From an uncultured Nitrososphaerota archaeon (GTDB taxonomy: Archaea > Asgardarchaeota > Njordarchaeia > Njordarchaeales > Panguiarchaeaceae): 23,937 nt of DNA. Positions within the stretch are counted from its first letter, which is position 1, and each line of letters starts with the position of its first letter. Below are positions 1 to 7,898 of this stretch, in pieces. A program made the translations under genes and the position numbers. Where the stretch lies: contig CAZWPQ010000011.1 of NCBI GenBank assembly GCA_964636085.1, positions 1 to 23,937 on the forward strand, in the 5' to 3' direction. The notes under the pieces are model-generated. The model had not been told where the DNA came from. It saw only the letters and a list, made by a program, of their open reading frames with translations, and did not search any database.

Positions 1-210
1 CTAATAACTAACGCGGATAATGCATCCGCAATTCTGAAGAAGATGTTTCCTAATTCATTCTCGGTGTATGTTGCTCTGGATAAAAATCCAGAAAATATCA
101 AGAAGCGGGAATTTAGAAACTTGGACATGCTGGTTTATAGCTCTGACTTTGAGGAATGCTGGGTAAAACTATATGATTTCTTATCCAATAAGGTATTTGT
201 GATGGAGTAG
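1..210 (+). CDS. Partial CDS (3' end), unknown protein, possibly the C-terminus of a P-loop nucleotide kinase-like fold
   Basis: Frame 1 is open from base 1 to TAG at 208-210 (LITNADNASAILKKMFPNSFSVYVALD...DMLVYSSDFEECWVKLYDFLSNKVFVME*). The start lies outside the window and the functional guess is weak. Confidence 0.55.
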   Translation, partial: LITNADNASAILKKMFPNSFSVYVALDKNPENIKKREFRNLDMLVYSSDFEECWVKLYDFLSNKVFVME

Positions 211-272
211 AATCTGGAGTCTGTGGATGTGTTTTAATCTATTTTTGGGTATAATCTGATGAGGGAATAAAA

Positions 273-1466
273 ATGTGGATACTGTCATGCATGGCTGGTT
301 TTGTCGCGATATCTGATGATGGAAAAGTATTGGATAAAAGTCTCTACGGAGAGCGACCAGATGTTGATTTGGCTGTTGAGAATATTAGAAAACTTGAGGC
401 GGGGGAGTGTCCACAACAGTTAAAGGACTTAATCGAAAGGTTATCGCCGGATAAGATAAAGACTGATAGCGAAGTACTATTTCAAATAATTAGGAAATCA
501 TTTCCAAAGCAATCAATCGAACTTGTGACTAGTGGACATGAGTTACAATTGGCCAGAGAAGCTGTGTGGAATTTTTTGGTGGAGGTATTTGGGGATTATG
601 GAAAGTACATAGAATTTGCTAATGACGTCTCGCTAAACTTATTAAAGTTTAAGCTGAGGGAAGTGGGCGGAGAGCCAGATAAGATGATAATACAAGCAAT
701 TACACTAATAGAGGAACTTACAGAATCCATAAACGCCTTTATGGCCCACCTCAGAGAGTGGTATGGCATTGTCTTTCCAGATCTTGGAAAATTGATTGAT
801 GACCATAAACTTTACGCCGAAATAGTCGCGAAGATAGGCGGGCCGGAGAGTATTACGAGGGAATCACTTCTGGAGATAATTAGAAACGAGAAAAAAGTGG
901 ACGAGATAATCAATGCATTAGAGTCATCGGTACTAGTAAAGATAACTGCAGAAGATGAAAAGCAGATTAAAAGCGTAGCTGGATTGATCCTACAAATGTA
1001 TGATCTTAGAGACAGACTAGAGGAATATCTAAAAAACCTTATGGAGGATACATGTCCAAACATAACAGCCCTAGTCGGCCCAACAATAGGAGCCAAGCTA
1101 ATAAGAAAGGCGGGGGGTCTTCGTCAACTGGCTATTAAGCCAGCATCAACAATCCAGGTACTAGGAGCAGAAAAAGCATTGTTTAGGGCTCTAAGGGGGA
1201 GAGGGACTCCACCAAAGCACGGTATAATATTCGTTCACCCTCTGATCTTTAGGGCTCCATGGTGGCAAAGAGGAAAAATAGCTAGAGCGCTTGCAACAAA
1301 GTTGTCAATCGCGGCAAGAGTGGACTATTTTAGTAAGGAATATATCGGTGATGAACTCAAAAATGAGTTAATGCTGAGGGTAGAGGAAATAAGAAGGAAA
1401 TATCCAAAACCACCTCCAGAAAAAATAAAGAAGAAAAGAAGAAAAACTAAGAGAAAGAAAAGATAG
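273..1466 (+). CDS. nop5: Box C/D sRNP protein Nop5 (Nop56/Nop58 homologue)
   Basis: LREWYG..FPDL coiled-coil region; Nop domain PNITALVGPTIGAKLI..AGGL..LA..PASTIQVLGAEKALF and PPKHGIIF.HP; RGKIARALATKLSIAARVDYF; Lys/Arg-rich C-terminal tail. Confidence 0.97.
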   Translation: MWILSCMAGFVAISDDGKVLDKSLYGERPDVDLAVENIRKLEAGECPQQLKDLIERLSPDKIKTDSEVLFQIIRKSFPKQSIELVTSGHELQLAREAVWNFLVEVFGDYGKYIEFANDVSLNLLKFKLREVGGEPDKMIIQAITLIEELTESINAFMAHLREWYGIVFPDLGKLIDDHKLYAEIVAKIGGPESITRESLLEIIRNEKKVDEIINALESSVLVKITAEDEKQIKSVAGLILQMYDLRDRLEEYLKNLMEDTCPNITALVGPTIGAKLIRKAGGLRQLAIKPASTIQVLGAEKALFRALRGRGTPPKHGIIFVHPLIFRAPWWQRGKIARALATKLSIAARVDYFSKEYIGDELKNELMLRVEEIRRKYPKPPPEKIKKKRRKTKRKKR

Positions 1467-1532
1467 CTAGCTACACAACCCTATATTGGTTTTTCTAGAC
1501 AAAACCCGTAAGATTGGTTAAGAACTAAAGTA

Positions 1533-1591
1533 TAATCAGCTACCACCAGGGCTCATCATTCTCTCAGCCTGGGACGGCGACATCATCTCAA
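1533..1591 (-). ncRNA. Box C/D methylation-guide-type sRNA (C, D', C', D boxes)
   Basis: The minus strand reads ATGATGT (C, 1586-1580), 12-nt CGCCGTCCCAGG, CTGA (D', 1567-1564), GAGA, ATGATGA (C', 1559-1553), 13-nt GCCCTGGTGGTAG, CTGA (D, 1539-1536). It is a GC-rich island in an AT-rich spacer, with a minus-strand TATA TTTAAATA at 1622-1615. Confidence 0.88.
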
Positions 1592-1614
1592 GCATAATAA
1601 TCTTTTTTACATTA

Positions 1615-1624
1615 TATTTAAAGC
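1615..1624. promoter_or_regulatory. Putative bidirectional TATA element for the sRNA (-) and nfo (+)
   Basis: TATTTAAAGC reads TTTAAATA on the minus strand about 24 nt before the predicted sRNA 5' end, and TTTAAA on the plus strand about 22 nt before the ATG at 1644. Confidence 0.5.
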
Positions 1625-1643
1625 AAGTAGTTCAGTGACGAAT

Positions 1644-2660
1644 ATGCCGAAAAAAGGAAAGAAAAAGAAAAGGCCCAAACGAGCAAAGAAGACACGTAAG
1701 AGGTCTACCAAGAAGAAAGTTACCCCGAGGGTGAAGAAGAAGAGGAAGGTAGAAAAGAAGCCTAAGATACCGAAGGATGTTGAGAGACTTCTACCACTTG
1801 TGGTTCCCGAAGGTTTTCAACTAAAATTTGGACCAGCAGGTAGACCTACAGTATACTCTGGATCTGTGGAGGAGGCACCAGTATTCATACGAGATGAGCT
1901 TTCCCTGGACGCTTACGAGGTACAGCAATCTAGGAAAATAACATTGGATAAAACACGCTCAGAGATTTTGGGTGCAAACGCGCAATCAAAGAATATAGTA
2001 TTGTCGGTTCATGCACCATACGCGGTCAACCTATTAAGTCAAGACAAGGAAAAAATTAAAGCTAGTGTTGATAGGCTTATACAATGCTCGAGAATAGCTC
2101 ATTGGTGTGGTGCCCGCATAGTTGTCTTTCACCCTGGCTATTATGGTGGTCTAGAGCCATGCAAAGCGGTTGAGACAATTATAGAAAATCTGATGCCAGT
2201 AGTGGATGCAATAAAGAGTGAGAATCTCAAGGTTTACTTAGGACCAGAAACCATGGGGAAGCTATCTCAATTCGGCACAGTGGATGAGCTTGTCGAGGTT
2301 GCGAAGGCTTTTCCTCAGGTCAAAATAGTTTTTGATGTGGCTCATATCCACGCTAGAGAGCATGGTAGTTTAATGGATTATAGTAGCTACGATAAACTCT
2401 TCAGTAGGGTAGAATCGGAACTCGGTTCTAAGTGCCTCAGGGAATTGCATATCCATTATACAGAGGTTGAATATGGAGACAAGGGGGAGATTCGTCATCT
2501 CGTGCTTGGCGCGGGTGCAGGACCAGCGCTCGATCCATTGCTTGAATGGCTAATAAATAATGATGTTAAGGCCGTTATAATCTCGGAGAGCCCCATATTG
2601 GAGATTGATGCCATAAGAATGAAACATCGAGCCATTGAAATTTATAAAAGACACAAATGA
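1644..2660 (+). CDS. nfo: Archaeal endonuclease IV (AP endonuclease 2 family, TIM barrel) with a Lys/Arg-rich N-terminal extension
   Basis: Metal-ligand motifs SVHAPY, VFHPG, GPETMGK, FDVAHIHA, LHIH, GEIRH and ISESP; FGPAG at the domain start. ATG 1644 is preferred over GTG 1635. Confidence 0.9.
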   Translation: MPKKGKKKKRPKRAKKTRKRSTKKKVTPRVKKKRKVEKKPKIPKDVERLLPLVVPEGFQLKFGPAGRPTVYSGSVEEAPVFIRDELSLDAYEVQQSRKITLDKTRSEILGANAQSKNIVLSVHAPYAVNLLSQDKEKIKASVDRLIQCSRIAHWCGARIVVFHPGYYGGLEPCKAVETIIENLMPVVDAIKSENLKVYLGPETMGKLSQFGTVDELVEVAKAFPQVKIVFDVAHIHAREHGSLMDYSSYDKLFSRVESELGSKCLRELHIHYTEVEYGDKGEIRHLVLGAGAGPALDPLLEWLINNDVKAVIISESPILEIDAIRMKHRAIEIYKRHK

Positions 2661-2782
2661 TAGAAGCATCTCATGGAATAACTCCAGTGTAGAAGTGTAA
2701 ATGTGTATCTCCAGTATATGGTTACTCTAAATATTGAATTTCATATTTTTCTACACAAGACCCCAATTTTTTGGTGACGATT

Positions 2783-3244
2783 ATGCGCATTGAGGAGGAC
2801 ATGAATAATGTTCTGAGGATACTTAGGGGTCTCAGAAGGGTCTCAGCCTGTCCAAAGAATATTGATGTTCCATGCATATTTTGTCTCGAATGCGATAAAT
2901 GTGATTATGATGAGAAGGGGTACGAGGATGGGCTAATAAAAACAACAGCAAACTCCGTCCTAATAAATCTGAAGATCGATGTTGGGGAGAGCGAGCTGGA
3001 TAAGGCATTATTGATGGAACTTGTAAAGGCGTTCTCTGGTAGGCTAAGCTTCGTGATGGAGAAGCCAGAAGAGGGATATCAAATAAGCTTTTTCTTCTTC
3101 TACACGGACAAAGATGCGATTCCACTATTTGAGAGATTCATCATGGATGTGCTCCCACAGATACATGGGATCCTCACCCAAGGGAGGATAAACGTAAGAA
3201 ATTGGGCAAGATCGGTAGTGCAAAAATTGTTCCCTAAGATGTAG
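2783..3244 (+). CDS. ARPC4-like (Arp2/3 complex subunit 4) eukaryotic signature protein with a Cys-rich insert
   Basis: By-eye match to human ARPC4: IKTTANSVLINLKI vs IEGSINSVRVSIAV; KPEEGYQISFFF vs KPVEGYDISFLI; INVRNWARSVVQKLF vs LSVNARARIVAEEFL. The length is similar. SD GGTGA at 2773-2777 precedes ATG 2783. Confidence 0.8.
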   Translation: MRIEEDMNNVLRILRGLRRVSACPKNIDVPCIFCLECDKCDYDEKGYEDGLIKTTANSVLINLKIDVGESELDKALLMELVKAFSGRLSFVMEKPEEGYQISFFFFYTDKDAIPLFERFIMDVLPQIHGILTQGRINVRNWARSVVQKLFPKM

Positions 3245-3296
3245 TAATGCAACTAATCCATATAAGTAACATTTTCCATTATGATTAGGGTTATAA

Positions 3297-3992
3297 ATGA
3301 AGATCGTCAAGCGCGAGAAAATTTTCGAAGGGGTCTATATATTAACCGACGATATAGGAACGGAGAGACTGGCGACTATTAATTTAACACCAGGCCACAA
3401 TGTTTATGGCGAGAGACTCCTGCATTTCGAGGGGAGAGAGTATAGGGAATGGGTGCCATATAGATCCAAACTAGCAGCCGCAATAAAGAATGGTCTATCA
3501 GATATTCGTATCGCCCCTGGCCACAGAATTTTATACCTCGGCATAGCGTCGGGCACAACATCATCACATATTTCCGATGTAATAGGGCCCAGTGGGATTA
3601 TCTATGGTATAGAATTTGCCCCAAGACCAATGAGGGATCTAATAAGAGTGGCAAAAGTAAGAAGGAATATAGTTCCATTACTCAAGGACGCCCGGAAACC
3701 TTATGAATACTCTTATATGATTGGTGAGAATGTGGATGGGATCTACTGCGATGTGGCGCAACCCGACCAAGCCGATATATTTATTAGAAACTGCGAGATG
3801 TTTCTGAGGCCAGATGGATATGGATTCATAGCGATAAAGGCTAGATCCATAGATGTGGCTAGATCCCCAGAAGAAATATTTAGAGAACAGAGAAAGATAC
3901 TAGAAACAAGAGGATTTAAAATATTGGAGGAAATCCGATTAGATCCGTATGCAAAGGATCATGTAATGTTTGTGGGTGTATGGAAGGAATAG
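3297..3992 (+). CDS. flpA: Fibrillarin-like rRNA/tRNA 2'-O-methyltransferase
   Basis: NLTPG..VYGE, YREW.PYRSKLAAAI, LYLG.ASGTT.SH.SD, DVAQPDQ, IKARSIDV and LDPY.KDH motifs. Confidence 0.97.
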   Translation: MKIVKREKIFEGVYILTDDIGTERLATINLTPGHNVYGERLLHFEGREYREWVPYRSKLAAAIKNGLSDIRIAPGHRILYLGIASGTTSSHISDVIGPSGIIYGIEFAPRPMRDLIRVAKVRRNIVPLLKDARKPYEYSYMIGENVDGIYCDVAQPDQADIFIRNCEMFLRPDGYGFIAIKARSIDVARSPEEIFREQRKILETRGFKILEEIRLDPYAKDHVMFVGVWKE

Positions 3993-4214
3993 AATATTAC
4001 CCGCCATTATGGAACATCCGAACCTATTACAGATACCTTCCATGGTTTTTTTGAGTCTTGGTCATATTGGGGGGGGTCAAAGGATACTATGTTTATAGAT
4101 GTGTAAAGAGGATTATTTGGATTGATGGAAAATCCAAGGTAAAATGAAGCAACGATCATAAGAAGAGGAGTAATTTAAAATAAGGATTATGGATTAGTTA
4201 AGGGGGAAATAAAA

Positions 4215-5636
4215 ATGCCAAGCGCATTCGTGGAAGCAGTAAGGCCCTTCGCAAGAATGGTACCAGTGGTGAAAAAGCCGGAGAGGAGCCCACCATTCAA
4301 ACTTAGGATAATATACTCTCTTGTCGCGGTAATAGCATATCTATTGATGATGAATATACCACTATGGGGAATAAGCATAGAAAGAGGGGTAGACATATTC
4401 TGGAGCTTAAGAGTAATCCTTGCGTCCTCAAGAGGAACTTTGGCAGAACTAGGAATAGGTCCAATCGTAACAGGGGGATTGATTCTAGAAATACTAGCTG
4501 GGAGCAAAATGATAAACATAGACTTCAATGACCCAGACGATAGAAAAGCATTCAATGAGGCAATGAGAGGGATGTCAGTAATAATGATAATATTTGAAAG
4601 CACCGTATATGTCATGGGGGGCGCGTATGGTAGTCTAACACCGAAAACAGCAATGGCAGTATTCATTCAACTAGTTCTAGCGAGCTCAATAATAATGATG
4701 TTAGATGAGCTGGTGAGATATTATGGAGTGGGATCGGGAATAAGTCTATTTATCTTGGCGGGAGTAGCACACCAAATATTCTGGGCATGTTTTTCTCCAT
4801 TCACCGCAAGCGATGGGCTCCCATATGGATTCTTCCCAGCACTAATAGCAGTAGCAAGAGGTAGCGGAAGAATAGAAGAAGTAATATTAAGATATGGTGC
4901 CCCAGACCTAGTAGGACTAGCCACAACAATAGCAGTGTTCCTACTAATCGTATACCTAGAAAACGCAAGAATAGAAATCCCAGTAGAACATGTAAGGTTC
5001 AAGTACAGACTAAGCTATCCCATCAAACTGATGTACAGCTCGAATATCCCCGTAATACTCGTAGGAGCACTATTCGCAAACATAATGCTATTCAGCCAAA
5101 TGCTATGGAGCAGGTTCACAGGAAACTTCTTCATAGGACTATTAGGAAGCTGGACAGTAGAGCAAACAGCACAAGGAGGAAGACCAATACCAGTAGGAGG
5201 ACTAGCATACTTTACAGTACCACCAAGAAGCCTATTAGATACATTGGCAAATCCAATAAAAGCAATAGGCTACTCCCTACTCATGATTTTCGGATGCTGG
5301 ATATTCTCTGTGATGTGGGTAGATGTAGCCGGATTGGATCCGCGTAGTATTGCCGAACAAATAATTGGTAGCGAACTTAAAATCCCAGGAATCCGCCCCA
5401 CGGTTAATGAGATCGCGAATTATATCAGGCCCTATATCTATACCTGCGCTAGTATCAGTGGTATTGTTATGGGCGTCATCGCTGCTTTCGCTGATTGTAT
5501 GGGTGCTTTCGCTACTGGTAGTGGCATTCTTTTGGCTACAAGCATTACTATTGGCTTGTATCAAGAGATTGCTCGTCGTTATGTTGAGGAAGTTCCAGGG
5601 ATGTTTAAGCGTATGTTGTTTGGCCGGGCCTTCTAG
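4215..5636 (+). CDS. secY: Preprotein translocase SecY/Sec61alpha
   Basis: GTLAELGIGPIVTGGLILEIL.G, LDEL...YG.GSGISLFI, YPIKLMYSSNIPVIL, PVGGLAY, IPGIR and G.GILL motifs; about 10 hydrophobic segments; SD GGGGG at 4202-4206. Confidence 0.96.
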   Translation: MPSAFVEAVRPFARMVPVVKKPERSPPFKLRIIYSLVAVIAYLLMMNIPLWGISIERGVDIFWSLRVILASSRGTLAELGIGPIVTGGLILEILAGSKMINIDFNDPDDRKAFNEAMRGMSVIMIIFESTVYVMGGAYGSLTPKTAMAVFIQLVLASSIIMMLDELVRYYGVGSGISLFILAGVAHQIFWACFSPFTASDGLPYGFFPALIAVARGSGRIEEVILRYGAPDLVGLATTIAVFLLIVYLENARIEIPVEHVRFKYRLSYPIKLMYSSNIPVILVGALFANIMLFSQMLWSRFTGNFFIGLLGSWTVEQTAQGGRPIPVGGLAYFTVPPRSLLDTLANPIKAIGYSLLMIFGCWIFSVMWVDVAGLDPRSIAEQIIGSELKIPGIRPTVNEIANYIRPYIYTCASISGIVMGVIAAFADCMGAFATGSGILLATSITIGLYQEIARRYVEEVPGMFKRMLFGRAF

Positions 5637-5789
5637 CAAAAAGACTTAGGAAAAATCTTTTTTACCTAGAAAAATTTGGGAAATCTCTCTTCCTAGATAC
5701 ATAGGATTATATCGAGATGAAATTACACATTAATGAGGAAGGAGAGGCTCTTAAAAAGTAACTTTTACAGATCATACGACCCCAAAAAA

Positions 5790-6857
5790 CTAATGTGATA
5801 ATCCTATGCCCCTCGTATCTATAACTCCTGGTTCGCCAAGTTTTCCATGCACTTTGAATTCGGCCCCTACGATCATTTTGGCTATGTGTATAGCAGTGAG
5901 TGTATGCATGCTGATCTGGCAACTTCTAATTCTCGATAAGCCATCTGCTAGGGCCATAAATATTATTAGTTGATCCGTATGGTGAACATCTACGGCGCCC
6001 CCTAATTTAATTTGATTTACAAGTTTCTCTGCAGCCTCTCTACCAACTTTCTCGGCTGGTTTTCCTTTTTCTCCCAATGCATCGGCCTCAATTATAGCAT
6101 TTTTATCTGTTTCAACCCATAGTACGATCCCAGAACCAGGTCCGAGATGGGGATCATTGGAGGGATCATAGAACTCGGTTTTTATGTTGGTTAAAAATCC
6201 GTGCTCCTCCAAGTATTTGCTTGCTGATCTTGCTTGTCTTATTGCGATGTGTGATGGTAATTTAACGCAGTGGCTGATACCATGGATTATCCTTATTTTT
6301 CCCATCTCTATTAATTCTATGGGGCGAATACTATCTGAGGGCGAAATAGTCACATGCACTATTCCTCCACCCTTTGGATAGTGTCCTCTCCTCTTTACAT
6401 CGATTGAGATATCGGCCCCCATTTTTCTTAATATCGGAACGAAGACATACCTTATGGCATCGATAGGAGGTGACCAATGCACATCTGTACCACCTCTTAT
6501 CTCAAGAAAAGATTCTCTATCGGCAAAAAGTAGTGGAGGTATGAGGCCTTGAAGGACCAAGCTAATTGAGCCAGCCGTACCCACATCAAACCTATATTTT
6601 CCGCCTTTCAATTGTTGGGGTTTAAATATGACCTCCATGGACCCAACATATGCCCCTTTTACTCTGGCCCTGGTGATCTCCGCCAATGCCCTTAAAACTG
6701 TTAAATGTTGGGGTCTAAGCCCAGGATTTTTTCTTTTTGCTCTAATATTGTATATTCTGACGGGTTTTCTCATTACTGCGGAGTATGAAAGAGAATTTCT
6801 GTATATTTGTCCGCCTCCCTCTCCATAAGAGCCATCAATCTCTAAGATCTGTCCCAT
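5790..6857 (-). CDS. rtcA: RNA 3'-terminal phosphate cyclase
   Basis: [57 protein letters not shown] and D.H..DQL motifs, plus the adenylated-His region SMHTLT. The likely start is ATG 6857 (MGQILEID). Confidence 0.96.
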   Translation of the reverse strand: MGQILEIDGSYGEGGGQIYRNSLSYSAVMRKPVRIYNIRAKRKNPGLRPQHLTVLRALAEITRARVKGAYVGSMEVIFKPQQLKGGKYRFDVGTAGSISLVLQGLIPPLLFADRESFLEIRGGTDVHWSPPIDAIRYVFVPILRKMGADISIDVKRRGHYPKGGGIVHVTISPSDSIRPIELIEMGKIRIIHGISHCVKLPSHIAIRQARSASKYLEEHGFLTNIKTEFYDPSNDPHLGPGSGIVLWVETDKNAIIEADALGEKGKPAEKVGREAAEKLVNQIKLGGAVDVHHTDQLIIFMALADGLSRIRSCQISMHTLTAIHIAKMIVGAEFKVHGKLGEPGVIDTRGIGLSH

Positions 6858-6943
6858 TATTGATCTCCATAGAGACAACTTGTGGGATGGTCTATCTAAT
6901 AATACATATTTTATGTGGTATAATAGTATCTTGGTGGTTCTGT

Positions 6944-7861
6944 ATGAAAATCCTGATAACAGATCCGGTAGATAAGAGCCTCATAAATGTATTAATGGGT
7001 GCGGGTTTTAAGGTAATCTACGAGCCAGAAATAACTCATGATGAATTAAAACAACGAATAAAGGACATAGATGCAATTATAGTTCGGTCACGCACTAAGG
7101 TAAGAAAGGACATAATTGACGCGGCGCTTAAGTTAAGGGTAATAGCAAGGGTTGGAGTTGGGCTGGATAACATTGATGTGGAATATGCCGAAAAACGAGG
7201 AATATCAGTGGTGAATGCTGGAGGCGCAACCGCACAGTCGGTTGCAGAGCTTACTATTGGTCTTCTTATAGGTCTCATACGCAAGATATACTATGGATAC
7301 TCCCAATTACAGAAGGGAAGGTGGGTTAAGAAGGAGATTATGGGTTATGAACTGGCTGGGAAGACTTTAGGCATAATTGGCGTGGGAAACATTGGGTATA
7401 GGGTTGGGTGGATAGCATATCATGGTTTCTCTATGAGAGTCCTAGGATATAGGAGAAATATAGTAAAGATAGACCCACCAATAATCCCGGTAGGGCTGGA
7501 TAAGTTACTGAGAGAGTCTGATGTGATATCGATACATATCCCCCTCAATAAGGAAACATATGGCTATATTGATGAGGGTAAGATCAAAAAAATGAAGGAA
7601 GGAGTATTGATAATAAATACATCAAGAATGGAGGTTCTAGACTTGGATGCTGTTATTCAAGCATTGAAGAGTGGCAAGATCGGGGGACTAGCAGCAGACA
7701 CGAATCTTAAACCAGAACACCCAAAAATATCGGAGTTACTCTCTCTACCAAATGTCTTCTTAACTCCTCATATCGGTGCTCAAACAGTTGAGGCTCAGCG
7801 TCGCGCAGCTTTATATGTGGCTAATCTAGTGATAGATTTGCTATTAAGATCGAAAAGATAA
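6944..7861 (+). CDS. serA: D-isomer-specific 2-hydroxyacid dehydrogenase, short D-3-phosphoglycerate dehydrogenase-like (no ACT domain)
   Basis: MKILITD start, IVRSRTKV, RVGVGLDNIDV, SVAELTIGL, GKTLGIIGVGNIG, NTSR and TPHIGAQT.EAQ. SD GGTGG at 6933-6937 precedes ATG 6944. Confidence 0.82.
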   Translation: MKILITDPVDKSLINVLMGAGFKVIYEPEITHDELKQRIKDIDAIIVRSRTKVRKDIIDAALKLRVIARVGVGLDNIDVEYAEKRGISVVNAGGATAQSVAELTIGLLIGLIRKIYYGYSQLQKGRWVKKEIMGYELAGKTLGIIGVGNIGYRVGWIAYHGFSMRVLGYRRNIVKIDPPIIPVGLDKLLRESDVISIHIPLNKETYGYIDEGKIKKMKEGVLIINTSRMEVLDLDAVIQALKSGKIGGLAADTNLKPEHPKISELLSLPNVFLTPHIGAQTVEAQRRAALYVANLVIDLLLRSKR

Positions 7862-7898
7862 TGTGTTATGTTTTAAATTTAGTATCTAATATACTCGG

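Noticed and set aside
3993-4214. Possible ncRNA in the flpA-secY spacer, including a G8 run
   Set aside because: No C/D boxes, tRNA fold or stable GC-rich stem could be seen.
4187-5649. Several short ORFs overlapping secY on both strands
   Set aside because: They are alternative or antisense frames of a well-supported gene, explained by codon bias.
5637-5789. Possible sRNA or micro-ORF (MKLHINEEGEALKK) between secY and rtcA
   Set aside because: ATGA motifs are present but there is no CTGA box pairing and no SD. It is best read as a convergent terminator region.
6785-6943. N-terminal extension of the serA ORF overlapping rtcA
   Set aside because: Homology starts at MKILITD (6944), which has its own SD. 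The extension covers the divergent promoter.
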